Positions 33,729 through 41,065 of a stretch of DNA of 50,394 bases are shown here, piece after piece. The notes below the pieces were generated by a model. That model searched no databases and had not been told where the DNA came from. It saw only the letters and a list, made by a program, of their open reading frames with translations. The position numbers and the translations under genes are program-made. Each line of letters starts with the position of its first letter. Positions within the stretch are counted from its first letter, which is position 1. This DNA is from an uncultured Candidatus Saccharibacteria bacterium. Lineage in GTDB: Bacteria; Patescibacteriota; Minisyncoccia; Phycocordibacterales; XYD1-FULL-46-19. The stretch spans positions 344,330 to 394,723 of the forward strand of contig CAZEAY010000001.1 in assembly GCA_964510655.1 (NCBI GenBank), given 5' to 3'.

Positions 33729-34581
33729 GTTTTATTCTTCCTCCTAAGGTGCGGAGAATTTTTAAAGCACTCTGACCCTCTTCTTTAGAAGGTGGCTTAC
33801 CGTGCCACTCATATTTATGTTCAAACTGCGGAACCCCTTTACCAGGAATTGTATTAGCAATAATCGCAGTTGGGCGTCCAAAAATTGCTTTCGCTTGTCC
33901 TACCGCCTCAGTAATTTCCTCAAAACTATGTCCATCTATTTCAATCACATGCCAATTAAAAGCTTCTAGTTTGGCACGTAATGATTCCAGTGGCATCACA
34001 TCTTCGGTATAACCATCGATCTGAATGTTATTACGATCAATAATAGCAATCAAATTATGAAAACCCTCTTTGGCGGCAAGCATTGCCGCTTCCCAGGATG
34101 ATCCCTCTTGCCACTCTCCATCACTCATTAAACAATAAAAATAATGAGCAGAAGATGGTCCATAGTCCAAACGATCAGCCAAGCACATACCCACCGCCTG
34201 AGACAATCCTTCACCAAGTGGACCCGAACTAGTTTCTAGCATTGGTAAAAATTCCCGATGAGGATGGCCTTGCAAACGACTGCCGTACTTACGCAGAGTT
34301 TTTAATTCACTAACTGGAAAATAACCAGCATGAGCCATGGTCGCGTACAACACCGGACAAATATGACCATTGGATAAAATTACTCGATCACGCTCCGTCC
34401 AAGTCGGTTTTTTGGGATCATGATTTAAAAGATGAAAATAAAGAGCCGTAAAAATATCAGCCATTCCCAAGGGCCCAGCAGTATGTCCTGAACGTGCTTC
34501 TACCAACATCTCAATAATAGACTTACGAATTTTATTCGCCATGTCTTCTAAATATTTTGATTTAGAATCATTGAGAAACAT
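33718..34581 (-). CDS. Transketolase, N-terminal (TPP-binding) subunit
   Basis: SGHTAGPLGMADI, SNGH, GPLGEGLSQAVGM, DGEWQEGSSWEA, and IIDRNNIQIDG. TGtTATGAT lies 8 nt before the ATG. Confidence 0.9.
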   Translation of the reverse strand: MFLNDSKSKYLEDMANKIRKSIIEMLVEARSGHTAGPLGMADIFTALYFHLLNHDPKKPTWTERDRVILSNGHICPVLYATMAHAGYFPVSELKTLRKYGSRLQGHPHREFLPMLETSSGPLGEGLSQAVGMCLADRLDYGPSSAHYFYCLMSDGEWQEGSSWEAAMLAAKEGFHNLIAIIDRNNIQIDGYTEDVMPLESLRAKLEAFNWHVIEIDGHSFEEITEAVGQAKAIFGRPTAIIANTIPGKGVPQFEHKYEWHGKPPSKEEGQSALKILRTLGGRIKHED

Positions 34582-34637
34582 TTGTATTTATCATAACACA
34601 CGAAGAGACGTTTACAGGATCCTTATTGTGGATACCC

Positions 34638-35267
34638 TTAGAGACTTTGAAATTCTTTGAGGGTGTCTGGGATATTATTTGATTCCCAAATCGCCGAGCC
34701 AATAACCAAATTGTTAGCTCCAGCTTCAATTAAAGATTTAGCATTTAGAAGAGTTACGCCCCCATCTACTCCAATCAACATTTCTGGATAAAGTTCGCGA
34801 ACCATCTTTATTCGATCATAGATTTCTTCATCAAATTTCGCACCATAACTACCTAAGACATTGATACTCATCAATTGAACATATTCAATCTTACCGACAA
34901 AATCTTCTAAAACAGAAAGTGGAGTATCCATTTTCAAAACTACTCCTAACTTAATCGGAGAACCATCAAAAGATTCGATAATATCAGCTAAATAGTCGGT
35001 AGATTCAACATGAACTAAAACCCGGTCGGCAAATTCCATCCACTGCTTTAATTCATCTTCTGGTTTATCAACCATCAGGTGGACTTCGATTCGAACATCA
35101 CCCGCCAAATTAACTAAGTCATCGGGGGTCCTCCAAGTAGCAGAAGAAACAAATTGTCCATCCATGACATCTAACTGTACCCAAGTAACCACACCCTCAA
35201 CCTGAGTAATTTTTTGTTTAACCTCCTCAAAAGTTTTTGCAATGATTGAGGGAACGATTTCTGCCAT
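34638..35267 (-). CDS. rpe: Ribulose-phosphate 3-epimerase-like protein
   Basis: PSIIA...LDVMDGQFV, VHLMV, VHVES, and GVDGG...GANNLVIGSAIW, the Rpe TIM-barrel pattern. Sits between rpiB and tkt. Confidence 0.8.
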   Translation of the reverse strand: MAEIVPSIIAKTFEEVKQKITQVEGVVTWVQLDVMDGQFVSSATWRTPDDLVNLAGDVRIEVHLMVDKPEDELKQWMEFADRVLVHVESTDYLADIIESFDGSPIKLGVVLKMDTPLSVLEDFVGKIEYVQLMSINVLGSYGAKFDEEIYDRIKMVRELYPEMLIGVDGGVTLLNAKSLIEAGANNLVIGSAIWESNNIPDTLKEFQSL

Positions 35268-35293
35268 ATTCTTAAATACTTAATATTATTAAA

Positions 35294-35761
35294 CTAAAAT
35301 TCATGGTCAGTCGATGTTTCAGCGTCAATCTTTAAATTACGTCTAACGTGTCTTTCTTCACCAGGGAAATCAGTATTTAGCCAAATTTTAACCGCTTCTT
35401 CCGCTTGTTCGTCAGACAAAAATCTTCCCGCCAGTGATAAAACGTTGGAATTATTATGCATCCGAGAGAGGGTTACAATCTCTAGTGGTCCTCCATAATA
35501 GACGACAGCTCTAACACCTTTTTCTCGATTACAAACAATCGCTTCCCCCTGACCAGATCCTCCAAAAACGATCCCCATAGAATTAAGCGGATCACTAGCC
35601 ACCTGCTTGGCGACAATTTTCACAAAGTCAGGATAATCATCGGCAGGCTCTAAAGAAAAATTACCCTCGTCAGCGACTGTATATCCCAGATTCTTTAAAA
35701 AACCTTTAATATGCTCCTTTCTTTCAAAACCAGCATGATCAGCTGCTAAATAAATATTCAT
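35294..35761 (-). CDS. rpiB: Ribose-5-phosphate isomerase B
   Basis: IYLAADHAGFERKEHIKGFLKNLGY, GGSGQGEAIVCNR, and RMHNNSNVLSLAGR. Confidence 0.9.
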   Translation of the reverse strand: MNIYLAADHAGFERKEHIKGFLKNLGYTVADEGNFSLEPADDYPDFVKIVAKQVASDPLNSMGIVFGGSGQGEAIVCNREKGVRAVVYYGGPLEIVTLSRMHNNSNVLSLAGRFLSDEQAEEAVKIWLNTDFPGEERHVRRNLKIDAETSTDHEF

Positions 35762-35841
35762 CTTGATTAAGCAAAATAGTTTCCGTCACAGACAAAAACA
35801 ATTAGATTAAAATTAATAATTTTTTACCACAAAAAAATTCA

Positions 35842-36213
35842 TTAGGTCGTGGCTAAAATTTTGTTTATTATATCCACCATTTCCCGTGGAGTATTGTTTG
35901 CCTTTAAAATTAACTTCGTGGCTCCGGCCGCCAACACCTCCTCTTCTAGACCGGGTTTAGTTAAATTAGTCATCGCCACAAAAGGAACCTGACCAAGAGT
36001 GGGTTCCAATTTTAATTTTTGAAGACATTCAATGCCAGACATCTTAGGCATAACAATATCAAGCAAAATCACATCCGGTTTATTTTTTCGGGCCATCGCA
36101 ATCCCATTTTCACCAGAATCAGCAGTTTCAACCACAAAACCAGCCATTTTAAAAACCGCCTGAAACATATCTAATTGAGTAACGTCATCGTCTATAATTA
36201 AAATATTGGCCAT
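35842..36213 (-). CDS. Stand-alone response-regulator receiver domain (CheY-like)
   Basis: ILIIDDD, DVILLDIVMPKMSG (phospho-acceptor Asp) and the conserved T/K positions. No output domain and no kinase nearby. Confidence 0.85.
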   Translation of the reverse strand: MANILIIDDDVTQLDMFQAVFKMAGFVVETADSGENGIAMARKNKPDVILLDIVMPKMSGIECLQKLKLEPTLGQVPFVAMTNLTKPGLEEEVLAAGATKLILKANNTPREMVDIINKILATT

Positions 36214-36311
36214 AAGCGCAAAATTAAATCAAATAAACCCAATGACCTTTATCTAGTTTAAGTATAGCACAAGTAAAAACCTATCAATACCCAGGGTGGT
36301 TCAGCCAATTT

Positions 36312-36581
36312 TTACTCTACATTAAGAGGAGACACCCAGCGAGCCCCCCGGGTGCCTGCATTTTCTAAGGTCCAATCGGCTGGGGTACCAGACCTCTTTG
36401 TCTCTCCCCAATACCAACCCTGGCTAAGTTCTTCTGGTGTAATTGTTTCAGAAATAGTGACAGAAGACATCTCTTCGCCTTTAATATTTTTTTTATTATC
36501 CATTTTTTTAAAAATAAACAAAAGAATTAAGGTGGTCAAAAGAATAAGAACTATCAACAAAAATTGTTTTTTGTTTTTCAT
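36312..36581 (-). CDS. Hypothetical membrane-anchored small protein (89 aa)
   Basis: N-terminal TM helix (FLLIVLILLTTLILLFIF) and a Trp/Gly-rich C-terminus. No family recognised. Confidence 0.5.
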   Translation of the reverse strand: MKNKKQFLLIVLILLTTLILLFIFKKMDNKKNIKGEEMSSVTISETITPEELSQGWYWGETKRSGTPADWTLENAGTRGARWVSPLNVE

Positions 36582-36587
36582 AATTAA

Positions 36588-37001
36588 CTACTTTGTTGAA
36601 GTAATTCGGATTTTAGCAAAATTTTCTCCACTATCAACCAACTCAATTAAATAACCAGAAAATTTACCAATCGATTTTTCGTTTGTAAGAGAGTATTTTT
36701 CGCTATGATCATCCCCTTGTCTAACTGTGAGATTGAACACTGATTCAGGATATTTTTCTGGACCATCGGGAATCTTAACAAAATCAGAGTCAGAAATGGA
36801 ATCAAGACGAACAAGTAGACCTGCTCTATTCGGTTCAACTTCTACAACTTCTTTGAGTCCGATTTGAAAAACCTCTGCCAATTCCACCACCTGATTATTA
36901 TCAATCATATTTTTATCTTTTTTGATAAATAAAAAAACACTAAATCCAAGCAGTATTATCGCTAAAACCAATCCCCCTTTAATAATTTTATTTTTCAACA
37001 T
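36588..37001 (-). CDS. Hypothetical membrane-anchored protein (137 aa from ATG 37001)
   Basis: N-terminal TM helix. The track start 37019 is a TTG. TGaTATTAA lies 8 nt before ATG 37001. No family recognised. Confidence 0.5.
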   Translation of the reverse strand: MLKNKIIKGGLVLAIILLGFSVFLFIKKDKNMIDNNQVVELAEVFQIGLKEVVEVEPNRAGLLVRLDSISDSDFVKIPDGPEKYPESVFNLTVRQGDDHSEKYSLTNEKSIGKFSGYLIELVDSGENFAKIRITSTK

Positions 37002-37045
37002 CAACTTAATTAATATCAAACAATGAGTCTTTTTGCACTGTTATT

Positions 37046-37351
37046 TTAATCTTTTTGGCCTTTGAGAATAAACTTCTCATCAAAACCGCCACGTTCTTCT
37101 CGCTTTTTTTGGCGAATTGCTTCAACTTCATAATATTCCGGAAGCTGTTTGAGAGATTCCACCACCTCAATCACATCAGCCAGTTCTTCCGGATCACCAG
37201 CCGTCGAAAATTCTTGAATTTCTTCAGCAAGCTTTTTTATAAGTTCAGCTCTATACTCTTCTGGAGAGGCAATTCTTTTTTCATAAGAAACACCTTTCTC
37301 GTCAAGAATTTCTGGAATCCTATCCCGAACTAATTTATTGTAGCTTTCCAT
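37046..37351 (-). CDS. MazG-like / PRA-PH-like nucleoside triphosphate pyrophosphohydrolase (small all-alpha)
   Basis: YNKLVRDRIPEIL...KLAEEIQE...EELADVIEV...RGGFDEKFIL matches the short MazG-like house-cleaning family. Confidence 0.7.
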   Translation of the reverse strand: MESYNKLVRDRIPEILDEKGVSYEKRIASPEEYRAELIKKLAEEIQEFSTAGDPEELADVIEVVESLKQLPEYYEVEAIRQKKREERGGFDEKFILKGQKD

Positions 37352-37353
37352 AA

Positions 37354-38382
37354 TTATTTCAGCGGCTGACCAGTCTTTATCACGTGATCAACGAGCGTAT
37401 GTGTATACCCCGTCTCGTTATCATACCAAGCTAAAATTTTTACCAAATCCCCACCCACCACCCGTGTCATATCAAGTTGGGCAATGGAAGCGTGCGGATT
37501 ACCAATAATATCAGTGGAAACCAAAGGTTCTTCGGCTACTGCAAAAATATTTTTCCAACGTGGATCATTGGTCGCTTTGCGCAAAATATCATTAATTTCT
37601 TCTTTCGTAGTTTTACGCTCCGTGATGAAAGTAATATCAGATAAAGAACCCGTAATTACCGGCACCCGAACCGAGATTCCATCAAAAAGACCAGCTAAGT
37701 CAGTGATTATTTCACCAACCGCAGTCGCCGCCCCGGTCGTAGACGGAGAAATATTTTGCGCCGCCGCTCGCCCCCGACGAAAATCTTTAGCATCAGGTCC
37801 ATCCACTGTTTTTTGCGTAGCCGTATAGGCATGGATAGTATTCAAAATCGCTTTTTTAATTCCCACCGTTTCTTTCAAAATCTGAATGACGGGAGCCACA
37901 TTATTGGTTGTACAAGAAGCATTAGAAGAAATCTGACAGGTGGACAATTTATCATCATTAATACCCATCAAAACCATCGCTGAAGAAATGCCTGGAATCG
38001 GTTCACCTTTAACTGGCGCAGAAATAACGACCTTTCGAGCCCCCGCCTCCAGGTGAGCCTTGGACTTTTCATAACTATCAAAAATACCAGTACTTTCCAC
38101 CACCACATCAATTTTCAGATCACCCCAAGGTAAACGAGTAGGGTCTTTTTCGCTTAAAAATTTTATTCGCTGATTGCCTACCACTAAATCATCTCCCTCA
38201 ACCTTAACCTCTAATCCAGAACGACCATAAGCACTGTCATATTTCAAAAGATAAGCGAAATTATTGATATCTCCTAAATCATTTACCGCCACGATGTTTA
38301 TCTCAGGATGAGAGGCGGCAACTTTTACAAACGCCCGACCAATCCGACCCAAACCATTGATTGCCACATTTATTTTATTCAT
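37354..38382 (-). CDS. gap: Glyceraldehyde-3-phosphate dehydrogenase, type I
   Basis: INGLGRIGR Rossmann start, active-site SNASCTTN, and WYDNETGY. Confidence 0.95.
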   Translation of the reverse strand: MNKINVAINGLGRIGRAFVKVAASHPEINIVAVNDLGDINNFAYLLKYDSAYGRSGLEVKVEGDDLVVGNQRIKFLSEKDPTRLPWGDLKIDVVVESTGIFDSYEKSKAHLEAGARKVVISAPVKGEPIPGISSAMVLMGINDDKLSTCQISSNASCTTNNVAPVIQILKETVGIKKAILNTIHAYTATQKTVDGPDAKDFRRGRAAAQNISPSTTGAATAVGEIITDLAGLFDGISVRVPVITGSLSDITFITERKTTKEEINDILRKATNDPRWKNIFAVAEEPLVSTDIIGNPHASIAQLDMTRVVGGDLVKILAWYDNETGYTHTLVDHVIKTGQPLK

Positions 38383-38440
38383 AGAAATATTTAAAAGTTA
38401 ACTAATTATTTCTATCTATTGTAGCAAAATTTTCCCCACA

Positions 38441-38480
38441 AAAAAATCCACCAAAGGACGAAGTCTCCTAGTGGATTTTT
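38441..38480 (-). terminator. gatB terminator
   Basis: aaaaatccac...gtggattttt outer stem with an inner aggac gaa gtc(t)cct stem. T-run on the minus strand. Confidence 0.65.
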
Positions 38481-38484
38481 AAAT

Positions 38485-39954
38485 CTATTTTTTATCCTGA
38501 AAAAGCTTGGCTAAAACAGCTGGGTTAGCCGAACCCTTAGATTCTTTCATCCCCTGGCCAATCAAAAACTGTAAGGCTTTATCGTTTCCTGCTTTAAAAT
38601 CTTCAAAAACTTTTGGATTTGCGGCAATTACAGCTTCAGCTACCGACAATAATTCTCCTTCGTCGTGCTTCTGCAACAAACCTTTCTCCATAATAATATT
38701 ATCAGTTATGGTTATTGTGTCGGATAGATTAAGCATATAGTGTTTACTCTGATCCGGCCTAACTAAAACAGAAAGAACTTCCTTTGCCCCACGAGAAGAA
38801 ACATCTTCTGATGCAATTTTTTTAATCAATGTAGCAAAATCACCTTCGCTAGGAAGTTGAACATCTGGGCTAGTTTTTCGCATGCCAAGAAAATCCGAGG
38901 TAAGATAATTAGAAGCAAGTTTAATTAAATTTTTATCACCAGCAAAAATCTTAGTCAAATCATCAAAGTATTTACCCAATTCTAGATCGGTAACATACGA
39001 TTCGATATCTTCATCTTTAATACCATAGTCATTACGATAACGAGCACGTTTTGCTTCTGGTAATTCCGGCAAGGTCTCTGGTAAATTTTTAAACTCTTCT
39101 ATCTCACTAATATATACCTTCGGTAAATCAGGATCAGGGAAATAGCGATAGTCATGAGATGATTCTTTCTCTCGCTGAACAAAGGTCATTTGTTTAGAAT
39201 CATCCCAACCAAGGGTGGACTGAATAATCTTCTCTCCTTTTTCCATTGCTTCTTCCTGACGTTTCAACTCATATTCAATCGCTCTCTCCATTGCCCGAAA
39301 AGAATTTAAATTTTTCACTTCCACTTTTGTCCCCAATTCTTTCTGTCCCTCTGGTCGACAGGAAATATTAGCCTCAACTCTCATTTGACCTTTTTCCATA
39401 CTAGCTTCAGATACTCCCAAATAACGCAAAACTAGCTGCAATTCACGGGCAAAATCCCCCGCCTGTTTGGCCGAAGTAATTACTGGTTCAGTCACTAATT
39501 CCATTAATGGTACTCCAGCCCGATTAAAATCAACCAAACTACCTGCCTGTGCAGACGGACCACCATTGAGAGCGTCATGCAAAGATCGAGCCGTATCTTC
39601 CTCTAGGTGGACTCTGGTAATCTCCACCCCTTTTAAATTTCCACCTGATACCAATGGATATTTATATTGACTAATCTGGTAACCCTTTGGAATATCAGGA
39701 TAAAAATAATTTTTTCGATCCCACTCAGTAAAATCTGCCAACTGACTTTTAAGAGCAAGCCCCACCCGCAAAACACTTTTTACGGCTTCTTTATTAATCA
39801 CTGGCAAAGAACCAGGCTGAGCAGTACAGACAGGACAGATATTTTGATTGGCTCCCCTCTCCTCCGCGTCATTCAAACACCGACAAAACATTTTTGTCTT
39901 GGTTTTTAACTCGGCATGAATTTCTAGTCCAATCGTCGGTATATATTTTGTCAT
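38485..39954 (-). CDS. gatB: Asp-tRNA(Asn)/Glu-tRNA(Gln) amidotransferase subunit B
   Basis: PTIGLEIHAEL, CPVCTAQPGSLPV, NYFYPD, HLEEDTA, and a C-terminal YqeY-like tail. Confidence 0.95.
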   Translation of the reverse strand: MTKYIPTIGLEIHAELKTKTKMFCRCLNDAEERGANQNICPVCTAQPGSLPVINKEAVKSVLRVGLALKSQLADFTEWDRKNYFYPDIPKGYQISQYKYPLVSGGNLKGVEITRVHLEEDTARSLHDALNGGPSAQAGSLVDFNRAGVPLMELVTEPVITSAKQAGDFARELQLVLRYLGVSEASMEKGQMRVEANISCRPEGQKELGTKVEVKNLNSFRAMERAIEYELKRQEEAMEKGEKIIQSTLGWDDSKQMTFVQREKESSHDYRYFPDPDLPKVYISEIEEFKNLPETLPELPEAKRARYRNDYGIKDEDIESYVTDLELGKYFDDLTKIFAGDKNLIKLASNYLTSDFLGMRKTSPDVQLPSEGDFATLIKKIASEDVSSRGAKEVLSVLVRPDQSKHYMLNLSDTITITDNIIMEKGLLQKHDEGELLSVAEAVIAANPKVFEDFKAGNDKALQFLIGQGMKESKGSANPAVLAKLFQDKK

Positions 39955-40029
39955 AGCTTAAATTACAAAAATAATCTGAGACACACATCAATACAGGGAA
40001 TTATAGCGAAAAATGCCCAAATTTCAAAC

Positions 40030-40971
40030 TTAGATTAAATATTGAACCTCCTCTTCTAGTTTAATACCAAATTTCTTCAAAACTCTCTCCTTTAAAAGTT
40101 CAACTAGCTTTCTCACTTCCCGATAGGTGGCGTGTCCATCATTAATTAATAGATTTCCATGATAATCAGCAATATAAAGACCACCAATCCTCAGACCCTT
40201 GGCCCCCACCGCCTCCAGTAAATAACCAGCCGGGATTTTACCATCAATAATCTTACTCGGATCAACTTTAGCCAAAGTCTTTTTAGTAATTTTCTCCACT
40301 AAAACATTTTTGAAAAAACTTCCCGGACATTTAATATTGGCATATTTTTCCGCTCGCTTTTTGATGATCAAATCGGAAGTTGCTCGCAATTTCTCGCGCC
40401 GACCAACCCGCAATTTTAATTTAACAGAAAGAATAACCCATTTCTTTTTCTTAAAAACACTTTCGCGATAAGAAAAATGACAATCTTTTTTTGACAACCA
40501 AACATCTTTTTTCCCATCAAAAACTAAAACCTTTTCCACTACTTCAGAAATAGAGTGTCCGTAGGCACCCGCATTGCCATAGATTGCTCCCGACAGATTA
40601 CCCGGAATACCCGATAAAGATTCTAAACCCGCTAGACCATTGGCAATCGAATATTTAATCACCCTCTCCAGCGACACTGACCCCCAAACAAGCAAGCGAT
40701 TGTCTTTCCTAATAATACTATCTGGCTTTATAACCTTACCAGTCTCTGAATAAATGATAACTAGACCAGTATATTTCTTGTCACTTAAAACAATATTACT
40801 ACCACCAGCGATAATAAAATAAGGTATCTTGATGCGACGAGCTTCCATCACAACCGACTGGAGTTCGGTTGGACTCTCGGTTTCAATCAAATAAGCAACT
40901 TTGCCTTTTAGACCAAAATAAGTGAATCCAGAAATTTCAGCGTTCTTTTTTGCAATTTTTAGAATATCCAT
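40030..40971 (-). CDS. murB: UDP-N-acetylenolpyruvoylglucosamine reductase
   Basis: FAD-binding IIAGGSNIVL, GIPGNLSGAIYGNAGAYG, and CPGSFFKN. Confidence 0.88.
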   Translation of the reverse strand: MDILKIAKKNAEISGFTYFGLKGKVAYLIETESPTELQSVVMEARRIKIPYFIIAGGSNIVLSDKKYTGLVIIYSETGKVIKPDSIIRKDNRLLVWGSVSLERVIKYSIANGLAGLESLSGIPGNLSGAIYGNAGAYGHSISEVVEKVLVFDGKKDVWLSKKDCHFSYRESVFKKKKWVILSVKLKLRVGRREKLRATSDLIIKKRAEKYANIKCPGSFFKNVLVEKITKKTLAKVDPSKIIDGKIPAGYLLEAVGAKGLRIGGLYIADYHGNLLINDGHATYREVRKLVELLKERVLKKFGIKLEEEVQYLI

Positions 40972-41013
40972 TTTGTATAATTAGATACTAATATAACACA
41001 GCAAAAACACCAA

Positions 41014-41041
41014 CAAAAAACCGCCCTCAGGCGGTTTTTTG
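41014..41041 (-). terminator. Terminator of the 891-aa surface-protein gene
   Basis: aaaaaaccgcc ctca ggcggtttttt. Confidence 0.75.
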
Positions 41042-41065
41042 TTGGTGTTAACAAGATTTCAACAA

